From the NCBI GenBank assembly GCA_019057635.1, contig DXJL01000066.1, positions 7,541-71,540 of the forward strand: 64,000 nt of DNA, in the 5' to 3' direction. The notes below the pieces were generated by a model. It was not told the DNA's origin. It ran no database searches and saw only the letters and a list, made by a program, of their open reading frames with translations. The position numbers were made by a program, and so were the translations under genes. The stretch is from Candidatus Heimdallarchaeota archaeon. GTDB lineage: Archaea; Asgardarchaeota; Heimdallarchaeia; Hodarchaeales; Hodarchaeaceae. Shown here in pieces: positions 27,334 through 36,667 of the stretch. The first letter of the stretch is position 1. The number at the start of each line of letters is the position of its first letter.

Positions 27334-29393
27334 TTCGTAAGTAAGTTCCTTAGCTCAATTAAAACTTTATCAATCTCGTTGTTTGCTTTTCTAAGTTTAT
27401 TATCATAATCGATTTTTAACTTAGCATAAGCTTCTTTTCCAATCCGACCTTGAGTTTTCTTCTTCTCTAATGACTCAATATTAATCAAGTAATCTTCTCT
27501 ACTCGCCTCAGCAACTTCAATTGATCGCATAGACAACCGTATACGAGGATTTTCCTCAGCAAGTTTGCGAGAAACAGAGACAATAGTCCGATCATTCTGT
27601 TGCTGTTGATTTCGGAGAATAATTTTTGTCTGCTCATATTCTCGGGCACTAATATTTTTTGATTTTCGTTTGCGATCCAATCTTAGTATCTGTTCGCGAA
27701 TTGCTGTCTTCTCTTCATACGATTTAACGAAACTTTTAATCAAATCTAGTGGTATTTCTTCAAGTACGAGTTTTGAGGGTTTATATCCAAATGAAAGGTT
27801 TCTAACAAGAGCGTATGCTAGACCAATTAATAAAAAGAATAATGAAAAAGAGATTGGAGTATAAAGTTGGTTTAATGGACTTATTCCATATTCTATTCTA
27901 ATTTGCTTATTACTAAGCGGGGTTAATTCTTCAAAACTTAACTTATATCCTCTACTATTAAATAGACCTAAGAATTGTTTTTTCTGAATAGCTGAAACAG
28001 AAACGGGACTTCTCAATGAACTTTCAAATGTTGCATCCATAATTTTTGTTCTGGATATGGATGATCCAAATGGGAATAGTAATTCAAGATCGTACTCTTG
28101 AATTGTACAATTGAAGCTTGTTGACAGATCAGTTAATAGTTGTACTTTTCCCCCGCCGAGATTGTTAATAACCTTAGTCGATGGTTGTGTGAACGAGAGT
28201 AGGAGATGATACTCTGCACCTTGTTCTATCTGGACTCTTGGTCTAAACTCAATTACTTTTTTCTGTGTTACTGGATCTGCATCTACAATTGGAGTGATAT
28301 TTCCGTAGTTATCTTTAACTCCAATTTTACTCGCAGAATCTGGGACGTTAAATGATAATGTAGGAAAAGTCGTTCCTCCAAGTGCGGTTGATAGGACAGG
28401 TCCAGATTGTAATCCTATATTTTTTAGACGTATTTCTTGCGTGGTGAACACTTTTCCCCACTCCGATACTTCAATAGTGGTCACCAAAGAAGTGAATGTC
28501 ATAAAAGTTCCAGCAACCTGGAAATAGTCAAATGTCAAATTCTCTGTTAAATTATGAGCAATATTCGGTTTGTAGGAAGGAATAAAGTTCCGATTTGCAA
28601 GAGCTGTAAGATTATAGTTACCATGTTCAGATTGATTTAGAACTTCCCGATTAATTGATGATAATTCTTGAATTTCCTCGTAACGAAGAGTAGTTAATTC
28701 TTGATTAATATTTCCAGTAAAATTTGTTTCTGTTGGCCTTAATGATTCATTATTTATATTAATACTAATATCTTTTCCTACCATCCATTTTAAAGTGTAA
28801 GAAGTAATGGGAATGGTAAGTAAAGGTAAAAAACTTAAATTAAAATGGTAAGGATATTCCGACTCCACAAGTTCATCGTTTTGATCATAAGTTATGGCGT
28901 TCGGATGATCCATATCCATAATTAGAGTGACTGTCTCCTCAGAACCGACTGAAGGAAATTTTATAACAATTTCTGTTGTTTGATTTCCAATGTGAACATC
29001 ATATGCTGTGTTTTCAGTCTCTGTATCATTCTGTGAGTAAATTTTGAAATACTTGGAGCTATTATACTCATTTGTTGGAAGAATATAATTTAAAGCGTTG
29101 ATTTCAGTGGAACTATTGCTTGATATCTGAATCTCTGTTCTAGATGAAGTATATCCATATTGGTTTGCAGTTATTGTTCGATCTACATTAATTAGATGAC
29201 TTGTGTTAGTAAATTCAGTAACATCGAAATACATTAAATCTGTGATGTTTAAATTACTGTTTTTTGTGTTCACTGAATCGGTGCTCGAACTCGCCTCACC
29301 AGCGTTAACTTGGGGATTAGCGATCAAGAATGTCGAAGTAATAACTATGGCGAGTAGTAAAAAACGCAAACCATTTCCTAAGATTTTCTTCAT
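27330..29393 (-). CDS. Ribophorin I / Ost1-like oligosaccharyltransferase subunit homologue
   Basis: Signal peptide, about 500-aa lumenal/extracellular domain, single TM (ISFSLFFLLIGLAYALV), about 150-aa coiled-coil tail. Blocks IEVSEWGKVFTTQEIRLKNIG and KDNYGNIT...EFRPR resemble conserved ribophorin I blocks as I recall them. Confidence 0.75.
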   Translation of the reverse strand: MKKILGNGLRFLLLAIVITSTFLIANPQVNAGEASSSTDSVNTKNSNLNITDLMYFDVTEFTNTSHLINVDRTITANQYGYTSSRTEIQISSNSSTEINALNYILPTNEYNSSKYFKIYSQNDTETENTAYDVHIGNQTTEIVIKFPSVGSEETVTLIMDMDHPNAITYDQNDELVESEYPYHFNLSFLPLLTIPITSYTLKWMVGKDISININNESLRPTETNFTGNINQELTTLRYEEIQELSSINREVLNQSEHGNYNLTALANRNFIPSYKPNIAHNLTENLTFDYFQVAGTFMTFTSLVTTIEVSEWGKVFTTQEIRLKNIGLQSGPVLSTALGGTTFPTLSFNVPDSASKIGVKDNYGNITPIVDADPVTQKKVIEFRPRVQIEQGAEYHLLLSFTQPSTKVINNLGGGKVQLLTDLSTSFNCTIQEYDLELLFPFGSSISRTKIMDATFESSLRSPVSVSAIQKKQFLGLFNSRGYKLSFEELTPLSNKQIRIEYGISPLNQLYTPISFSLFFLLIGLAYALVRNLSFGYKPSKLVLEEIPLDLIKSFVKSYEEKTAIREQILRLDRKRKSKNISAREYEQTKIILRNQQQQNDRTIVSVSRKLAEENPRIRLSMRSIEVAEASREDYLINIESLEKKKTQGRIGKEAYAKLKIDYDNKLRKANNEIDKVLIELRNLLTK

Positions 29394-29898
29394 TTATAAA
29401 AACTCCGTTATATCTTTACAATCAACTTTAGGGTTCTTTAGAATAAGCTTCTGTGCAATCTTTAACTTTACTCCCTAAGTTTAAGGAATAATACTGAATG
29501 GTTCTCGTTTTTCAGAGTGTAAAATATTTTGTTCTTAGTTTAATTAGTAGATTTCCCAACTTTCGCTAATAAAAATGACTTTAAAACAAAAATTCGCTGA
29601 CTTTCACTATACGATAACATTAATTGATATTAAATGGTCTTTCAAGCAATATAAAATTGCCTTCATTCTTTAGTATTTCCCTTCTATTCTTTGCCAGTTT
29701 TTTTGGCTCAAATCATCCCTTATTTACTGTATAAGGTAAAAATTAGGATTAAATTGGCGATTCCTTGATATTAAATGGATCTAGTAATAGAAAAAAAATA
29801 AATGAATTATAAATCTCCGTCCACATAAGGTTAAAAACAAGTTTTTTCGTGCTGAGATAACATTAGAATAGTATTCTATGCCTGAATAAACTTGGTAG

Positions 29899-31434
29899 AT
29901 GGACTTAACCTTCGAGGTTTTCTTAATGACATCCAGATTTCTACAAGCTGTTCGACCCTTTATGTCAATTACTCCTGAGGTTGTAAAACCTACTCGTGAA
30001 GTTCATTTCAATGAAAAAATGATCTGGACTTTTGCTGCCCTTGTAATATATTTTGTTATGACTTCTACACCCATTATCGGTGCAGATTTAGGAGAAGGGG
30101 ATCCTTTTGCTTTTATGAGGACTATTACTGCTTCCACACAGGGATCACTTGCTGAGCTAGGGATAGGGCCTATAGTAACTGCAGGATTAATTATGCAAAT
30201 CTTGGTTGGTTCAAAGATAATTAATGTCAATATGGGAGATCCAGAGGAAAGGTCCCTCTATACTGGCGCTCAGAAAGTTATGTCCGTTTTGATGACAATC
30301 ATAGAGGCTGGCGCTTTTATCATAGGTGGAACTTATGGTACAGATCTATCTCTTAGCTCTCAAGTAGGGATTATTTCACAATTATTGACCGCAGGAATTA
30401 TTATTATCTTGTTAGATGAGATGATACAAAAAGGCTGGGGTTTAGGCTCAGGAATTTCGTTATTTATTGCTGGAGGAGTCGGGTTACAGATCTTCCAAGG
30501 ATTGTTTGCCCCAAATAATATTTTGGAAGGGCCAAATGGAGTAACTTCTGCACGTGGAATTGTTCTAGCATTTATTTACTGGTTAGGAGAAGAAGGACCA
30601 TTATCTGCTTTTGGAAACCTGTTTTTCAGGTATAGCACTAATCCAGCCCACAATTTAAATTTACCTTCTTTGTCTATCCTCTCAGTAATCGCTACACTTG
30701 TCGTATTCGTTATTGTGATCTATTTTGAATCAATGAGAATAGAAATTCCAATTTCTTATGCTCAATATAAAGGAATTAGGTCTACTTATCCTATAAAATT
30801 ACTCTACGTCTCAAATATCCCGGTAATTCTAACCTCAGCGGTATTTGCAGATATATACTTTATAGCCCAGATGATTTGGAATAGCTCTGGCCGTGAAAAT
30901 TCAACAAGTCTATTGACACAAATTCTTGGAACGTTTAGACTGGATGCTGTAAATAATCAATATGTTCCAATAGGAGGACTTGTGTACTTTTTAACACCTC
31001 CGCGTTCATTAATTGGGGATCAAGGTGTTATTAATTTCGCAGATCCATTGAGTTCTCTCACACGAGCCTTTATATACGCTATCATTCTGATTCTCCTTTC
31101 AGTGGTCTTTTCTATGATGTGGTTGGAGACAGCGGGTATGGGCCCAAGAGATGTTGCAAGTCAATTTCTCCAATCGGGTATGCAGATGCCTGGATGGAGA
31201 CGAAGCAAAAAAATTGTTGAACGACGCCTTGAAATGTATATCCCGACAATTGCAATTATCGGTGGCCTTTTCATTGGGATTCTTGCCGCTTTTGCTGACT
31301 TCTTGGGGGCAATCGGTTCAGGTATGGGAATTCTCCTCTCTGTTAGTATTATGAGGCAATACTTTGAACTAATTAGCAAAGAACGGGTCGCTGAGATGAA
31401 TCCTGCTCTACGTGGGTTCCTAGGGATTAACTAG
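29899..31434 (+). CDS. secY: Protein translocase subunit SecY / Sec61-alpha
   Basis: PEVVKPTREVHFNEKMIWT N-terminus, 10-TM layout, plug and lateral-gate regions. The real start is probably ATG 29926. Confidence 0.93.
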   Translation: MDLTFEVFLMTSRFLQAVRPFMSITPEVVKPTREVHFNEKMIWTFAALVIYFVMTSTPIIGADLGEGDPFAFMRTITASTQGSLAELGIGPIVTAGLIMQILVGSKIINVNMGDPEERSLYTGAQKVMSVLMTIIEAGAFIIGGTYGTDLSLSSQVGIISQLLTAGIIIILLDEMIQKGWGLGSGISLFIAGGVGLQIFQGLFAPNNILEGPNGVTSARGIVLAFIYWLGEEGPLSAFGNLFFRYSTNPAHNLNLPSLSILSVIATLVVFVIVIYFESMRIEIPISYAQYKGIRSTYPIKLLYVSNIPVILTSAVFADIYFIAQMIWNSSGRENSTSLLTQILGTFRLDAVNNQYVPIGGLVYFLTPPRSLIGDQGVINFADPLSSLTRAFIYAIILILLSVVFSMMWLETAGMGPRDVASQFLQSGMQMPGWRRSKKIVERRLEMYIPTIAIIGGLFIGILAAFADFLGAIGSGMGILLSVSIMRQYFELISKERVAEMNPALRGFLGIN

Positions 31435-31519
31435 AAATAAATTTATCCCTATTCCTTCTTTTTTCTCTTTTTGCAGGGTATTATCAGAGTAATGGATTGA
31501 ATTGTTGTCCTCATGATTG

Positions 31520-32932
31520 TTATTTTGAGTTCCTTAGGTTTGTTGAATTTTTTGACCCGACTTCCTTAGCTTTAAACAGAAGGAGGATCCCAGTAACGCT
31601 AAGCATGAAAAGAAATAGTAATGTTTCTAAAAATCCTATTTTCTCCAAAATAAATCCAAGAATACTAAATCCGATTATAGAGACTGTGAGAGACAACGTA
31701 TTCAAATAAGATTCTTGAGAGCTTCGATATTCTGATAGTGTTATATCGTAATATAAATGCCAATGAAGTCCTGAGGTCAACCCACTGATAATGAGCCGAC
31801 TCAAGAAAATAATTATAATAAATATCAGACGCCAATAATAACTGATATTCACTAGGAGAATAAAGAAAAATAAAATCCAAGCTAGAGGGAAATTCAGAGT
31901 ATAAAATGCAACTAATCCTTGACGGGGAGATTTAATAAATGATGTGAATCTACCTGAAAACCTACTTGAAACTCCGTATATAAAATCTGTAATAGAATTA
32001 ATTAAAGATATAATCAATATAGCGAGTGAACTAAAATCAATTTTGACATATTCTCCATTCACAACATTATCAGAAGATAATAAAGAATAAATAATTAATG
32101 GAAAAACAATAGTTGTGAAAGCCAGTGAAGTAAAACTAAGGATACCAAAACTAAGAAAATAGGGTGAGACAGCGAGGTATTTTATCCGTAAATTATTCCC
32201 CAAATTTCTAATATTTGAAAAAAGATGGAACTTATTATTCTCAGATGTTAAGCGAACATGTATATTCCTCCCTACAGGGTTATAGTTCACCATAATAATA
32301 AATCCAAGAATGAAACCCACTAATGCAATAAATGCCTGTAATAAAAATATCAATTGGGGAGCTAGATGCACTTGGTACAATAAAATTCCTCCCAAAATGG
32401 TTAAAGAGGAAACTGCGATCATTTTAACGAATTTCACATTGCCCATTGTACTTCGAAATAGTCTCTCACTTTTTTCATTTCTATCCACAATATTTTCCCA
32501 AGAATTCAGAAACCATGCAATAAATGAACCTGAAAGAAGGGCAGAAAATATACCTACTAATATTTCAAGACATAATAGCTGAAACGAACTCGTAGCAAAA
32601 ATTAATCCTAGGTAATAAATCGTTAAACATCCTAAAGCCGCACAAAAGGCCCCTCTTTGACCAAACTTGTCAGTGAGCATCCCTAATGGAAGATCTAATA
32701 CAATCCCAAAGAACATACCAATGGCTACGATACTACCAAAAAGTGCGTATGATCCAAGAATTGAGATATAATATAAAGAAATCCATGCATGGCTAAGATA
32801 AATTACTGTAATGATGAGTTCAAGACTAAAAAACCTCAATGTTAGGCTTTTCAGTTCTTTCGGATAATATTTTACACCCAATAAGGTATCAACATATAAC
32901 ATTTGTTTAATCTCCTGTTCATAAACAATCAT
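31520..32932 (-). CDS. MFS-type transporter
   Basis: About 12 TM segments and MFS motif A, GMLTDKFGQRG, between TM2 and TM3. Confidence 0.75.
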   Translation of the reverse strand: MIVYEQEIKQMLYVDTLLGVKYYPKELKSLTLRFFSLELIITVIYLSHAWISLYYISILGSYALFGSIVAIGMFFGIVLDLPLGMLTDKFGQRGAFCAALGCLTIYYLGLIFATSSFQLLCLEILVGIFSALLSGSFIAWFLNSWENIVDRNEKSERLFRSTMGNVKFVKMIAVSSLTILGGILLYQVHLAPQLIFLLQAFIALVGFILGFIIMVNYNPVGRNIHVRLTSENNKFHLFSNIRNLGNNLRIKYLAVSPYFLSFGILSFTSLAFTTIVFPLIIYSLLSSDNVVNGEYVKIDFSSLAILIISLINSITDFIYGVSSRFSGRFTSFIKSPRQGLVAFYTLNFPLAWILFFFILLVNISYYWRLIFIIIIFLSRLIISGLTSGLHWHLYYDITLSEYRSSQESYLNTLSLTVSIIGFSILGFILEKIGFLETLLFLFMLSVTGILLLFKAKEVGSKNSTNLRNSK

Positions 32933-32938
32933 TCTTGA

Positions 32939-34312
32939 TTAAGCAGGAGTAAGCTGTTGTGCAACACTAGAGACTAAACTGAAATTAACAATGGGGAATG
33001 ATTGAGAATTAACCTCCCCTCCAGATATAATGACAAGATACGGAATTTTTCCTAATATCTGGGCATAATGTTCCATATACTGTTGAAATCGATCTCCAAC
33101 AATCATTGCACGATTACCACAATCAAAGAATAGGCCAAATTTTGTGTTGTTTCCAATTAAAGAAGATAAGCTTTCATCTAGTAAATTCTCAATTGTTACC
33201 GCACTTTGATTACAGATATACGATTGATATTTATCTTTATGATTGACATATAGTTTTTTAGCAACCTGATTCGGTGCAGTAATTAAAGCATGATTAAGAT
33301 TTGGATTTATTGAAAGTCCATATAAATTTTGACTCTTCTTATCATCTAAAATACATAAAGGCTTAAAGGGGTGGTAATAGAAATATTTTTGGGTACATTC
33401 TTCAAGAATTTCTGGAGTACTCTCCATTTCATATATTTTAAGTAAAGATTTCGCTCCCCATTGACCGTCTATTCGCGGAATAAATCCTCCATCCAAATAA
33501 CTGTCAAGAGAGAAAGGTTTCTGGAAATCTACCGTTGCTCCAGTATCAGTTTTACTCATGAATCTTAAATCAGGAGAGCTAAGTGATATAAATGTCATAG
33601 AATCTTTAAATGCCTTATAATTGTAAAATTGATACGATTTACTCATTGAAATGGGATCTACCCCAAATGTACCGGTATAATGAATACCTCGTTGATATAA
33701 TTCTTGAAATAAAGGCCATGCTGATGAATATGATATTCCAATGCCAAAGAGATTCATGAGAAAATTAACAACTTTCCCTGTGAACCGGGAAAGAGCTGGT
33801 ACATCCCTCCAGATTCGATTATTTAAGGCAAAAAATGGATTAAATCCTTCAAGTCTATGATTCATTAAATTTACCATAAGTTTCGGAAATCCTAGACCAG
33901 GAGGAAAAAAGATGAAACTTGTAGAAGAATTCTGTTTTAATTCTTTATTTTCAATGGTTATACATTTTTTTAGAATTTCTTTGGTTTTGGTTCCTGTCCT
34001 AAGACGGAAACGCTTAATTAAATGTGTACTGACCGATATACCTGAAAAAAGCATGATTGCAGCTCCTTTCAGACCATAATCCTTACTATTCGCTATTCCA
34101 GTCCCCGAACATCCTGCTAAAGGAATAGTTGGATATGTTTTCTTGATAATCTTTAAAGATTGATTATATACTTTCTTACCACCAGGATGGGTTCCAGTAA
34201 AGTAAAGAATTCCAGTTGGTTCCGTATTTAACTCAGTTTCAGCTTGTTGAAGAGCTGTCTTTGTTGCGAATTTTAGATCGTGATTTATACAAAGTCCAAC
34301 GGAAGTTTTCAT
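32939..34312 (-). CDS. FIST-domain (FIST_N + FIST_C-like) putative sensor protein
   Basis: N-terminal pattern ...TGILYFTG....IPLAGCSGTGIA... and size and architecture fit FIST. Assigned from memory of the family pattern. Confidence 0.55.
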   Translation of the reverse strand: MKTSVGLCINHDLKFATKTALQQAETELNTEPTGILYFTGTHPGGKKVYNQSLKIIKKTYPTIPLAGCSGTGIANSKDYGLKGAAIMLFSGISVSTHLIKRFRLRTGTKTKEILKKCITIENKELKQNSSTSFIFFPPGLGFPKLMVNLMNHRLEGFNPFFALNNRIWRDVPALSRFTGKVVNFLMNLFGIGISYSSAWPLFQELYQRGIHYTGTFGVDPISMSKSYQFYNYKAFKDSMTFISLSSPDLRFMSKTDTGATVDFQKPFSLDSYLDGGFIPRIDGQWGAKSLLKIYEMESTPEILEECTQKYFYYHPFKPLCILDDKKSQNLYGLSINPNLNHALITAPNQVAKKLYVNHKDKYQSYICNQSAVTIENLLDESLSSLIGNNTKFGLFFDCGNRAMIVGDRFQQYMEHYAQILGKIPYLVIISGGEVNSQSFPIVNFSLVSSVAQQLTPA

Positions 34313-34764
34313 TGCTCTAAATCACCTATTGATTGTTTTCTATCTATTACTATTCCTAAACGCTTCGCAGTTCTGCTCATCTCTATTTCCATTAATCCAG
34401 TATTCGCCCTAGAATGTAATATCACAACTAAAATCCCTGAGTTACCAGCACGGTAGAAATAAACTGGAAGTGCTTCATTTTGATCTATTTGTTTATTATA
34501 TTTTATAGATCTAGCACCATGTTTGAGTTCTTCTTTTGTTTTTGAAATAATGTCTTTTACCCATCTAATAACAGTTAGGATAGAACTAGAAGTTTCTGGA
34601 TTATAAAAAGAGGTTAAAACTCTTCCATCTAAGCGAAAAAGAATTGTTGCTCTTACATCTCGAAATGTAAAAAGATGGTCAGCTTCTATTTGGATTGATG
34701 AGATTGCTCTGGATAATTTTAAGGCCTGATCATCCATATTACTTATTGGAGATTTCATAAACAA
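34309..34764 (-). CDS. Roadblock/LC7 (MglB-like) domain protein
   Basis: ...ILFRLDGRVLTS... and C-terminal ...GILVVILHSRANTGLMEIEMSRTAKRLG match the prokaryotic Robl_LC7 pattern. The real start may be Met10 at 34737. Confidence 0.7.
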   Translation of the reverse strand: MFMKSPISNMDDQALKLSRAISSIQIEADHLFTFRDVRATILFRLDGRVLTSFYNPETSSSILTVIRWVKDIISKTKEELKHGARSIKYNKQIDQNEALPVYFYRAGNSGILVVILHSRANTGLMEIEMSRTAKRLGIVIDRKQSIGDLEQ

Positions 34765-35491
34765 TTAATCCTTTTTCTTTTTGAAAACTGATAGGTTGAG
34801 GAGTTTCAGAGTGTGACGATCCTCTAAATTTTCTAATACTCATTGTTCGATTGTAGATGCCTCCTAATCCAATATGTTCTAGTTCTATAATGGAATCGGA
34901 TAGAAAAAGAGGGATTCTAGCTAAGACATCTCCAAAACCTTTTTCTAATGTGACTACGGCTGTTCCAATCTCTCTAAGAGATGAAAAAATTCGATTGATT
35001 GCGTTACGCTGTTGATTTGGGTCTGAAATTTCTAAAAGTAATGGTGTCAAAGGATCAATTGCTATTCGTATTCCTCCCGAATATTTTGAAGCGGTTTCTT
35101 TTATTATTTCAAGATATTTAGGGAGTTCATTCATAAAAAATCTTAAACCAATTTCTCCTGAAGTTAATTCTGAGTCGGCATTAAAAGCAACTTGGAATTG
35201 TAAATTCCCCTCTCTGTATTTTTCACCAAAGCTTTTCAATCCAATATCACTACAGTCTCTTAATACCGAATTTATATTTTGCTCTAGTGACACATAGAGA
35301 GCTGGAGTGTGTAGATCAGATGAACAATACTGCCAACAAAAAGTGGATTTTCCACACCCAGGATCCGCAATAATCACGTTGACCGAATGCTCTCTAAATC
35401 CACCATTTACAAGGTTGTCAAAGCCGATTACTCCACTAGGTATCCGCGAAGATCGTGCATTTATCGTTTTTCTCAATAATTTTTGCATCAT
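34739..35491 (-). CDS. KaiC/RecA-superfamily single-domain ATPase
   Basis: IPSGVIGFDNLVNGGF followed by Walker A ADPGCGKST and Walker B RIAIDPL. Confidence 0.75.
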   Translation of the reverse strand: MMQKLLRKTINARSSRIPSGVIGFDNLVNGGFREHSVNVIIADPGCGKSTFCWQYCSSDLHTPALYVSLEQNINSVLRDCSDIGLKSFGEKYREGNLQFQVAFNADSELTSGEIGLRFFMNELPKYLEIIKETASKYSGGIRIAIDPLTPLLLEISDPNQQRNAINRIFSSLREIGTAVVTLEKGFGDVLARIPLFLSDSIIELEHIGLGGIYNRTMSIRKFRGSSHSETPQPISFQKEKGLIVYEISNK

Positions 35492-35498
35492 TAATTCC

Positions 35499-36089
35499 TC
35501 ATGAAACTAATAGTTTATTAGATAATTGAGTATTTGAATCTGAAGATATGTTCGTTAATTTACTGTTTTTTCTTTCGATTGTCAATAGAACTTTCTCAAA
35601 AATATTTATAACCGATTTTAAATCTTTAGCTGAACATTTAAAAGAAGTTACACAATTAAACCTTTGAATATATCTCGCTAAATCGAAATTTTTCTCATCT
35701 TGAGTTGCTAAGTCGGATTTTGTACCAATTAAAAATCGGGGAATAGCAGGTGTGATAAACTCAAGCCATTCACTTAGATTGAATAAGGAAGAAAGATCAG
35801 TAAGGTCGAAACAAAGTAATGCGGCATCAGCACCCTTACAAAATTCACTAAAGACTCCCATGTGTTTGAAATGCTCTTGACCACCAAGATCCCAAATCTG
35901 TAGCTTGCTCACTCCCTTATCAGAATGAGTAATAATCTTCGAATGGAACTCTACTGCAATCGTTTGTTTCGATTTTGTGAAAAAATAATTATCGATGTAT
36001 GATTTCGAAATTGTTGTTTTTCCTACACCCCCTTCTCCCAAAAGAACTATTTTCAATGGTTTTTTTTCTTTCGAAGGAACTAACTGCAA
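35499..36089 (-). CDS. Ras-superfamily small GTPase, Rab-like
   Basis: G1 GEGGVGKT, switch I QTIAVEF, G3 WDLGGQE, G4 GTKSD, G5 CSAK. Confidence 0.88.
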   Translation of the reverse strand: MQLVPSKEKKPLKIVLLGEGGVGKTTISKSYIDNYFFTKSKQTIAVEFHSKIITHSDKGVSKLQIWDLGGQEHFKHMGVFSEFCKGADAALLCFDLTDLSSLFNLSEWLEFITPAIPRFLIGTKSDLATQDEKNFDLARYIQRFNCVTSFKCSAKDLKSVINIFEKVLLTIERKNSKLTNISSDSNTQLSNKLLVS

Positions 36090-36191
36090 TAATTACACCT
36101 AATCCCTTAGTAATTGAGTCTAATTTAAACTCCTAAAAAACACTAAATTTGGGGATATTATAAAGAATTTTTTTCTTGATTTCATGGTGGA

Positions 36192-36407
36192 ATGATGAAA
36201 AGGCGTTATAGTTTGAAAGGTATTCATTCAATAAACACAAGAATACGAATTAAAAGAAGAGGTTCTCCACTTGTGGAAGAAGGAATATTGATAGGATTGA
36301 GTTTATTCGGTTTTTTGTTAATTTTTTCAATAGTTACAGGAGTCCTAGATTGGCTTTTGATAAATGCAGATGAGCTATTACGAGAACTTGGGTCTTTATT
36401 TACTTAG
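36192..36407 (+). CDS. 71-aa membrane protein with a class III (type IV pilin-like) signal-peptide-like N-terminus
   Basis: IKRRG/SPLVEEGILIGLSLFGFLLIF: basic stretch, Gly, then a hydrophobic helix with Glu at +5. Confidence 0.35.
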   Translation: MMKRRYSLKGIHSINTRIRIKRRGSPLVEEGILIGLSLFGFLLIFSIVTGVLDWLLINADELLRELGSLFT

Positions 36408-36549
36408 ATGCAGCTCATCTTGACTTTTTTTGTTACAAACCGCTATCTATTGTCTGAAAAATACCTATCGGCTATTTGAAATTATTTAATGCTCTCAAAA
36501 ATTACGTAGATTTGTTTTGCAAAGTAAAAATTATTAAAAGAGTGTGATA

Positions 36550-36624
36550 TGGACCGAGTGGGATTTGAACCCACGGCCTCCTGGATGCAAACCAGGCGCT
36601 GCTACCAAGCTGAGCTATCGGCCC
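36550..36624 (-). tRNA. tRNA-Ala(UGC)
   Basis: GGGCCGATAGCTCAGCTTGGTAGCAGCGCCTGGTTTGCATCCAGGAGGCCGTGGGTTCAAATCCCACTCGGTCCA. Has a G3:U70 pair and anticodon loop TTTGCAT. No intron. Confidence 0.93.
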
Positions 36625-36667
36625 AATGACTTGATTTCTGATTATTTAGTTGTGTTTTATTAAGCTT

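Noticed and set aside
27095-27340. 81-aa plus-strand ORF from the supplied track
   Set aside because: It is the antisense shadow of the minus-strand ferredoxin ORF, which carries two perfect CxxCxxCxxxCP motifs. The plus-strand product has no recognisable features.
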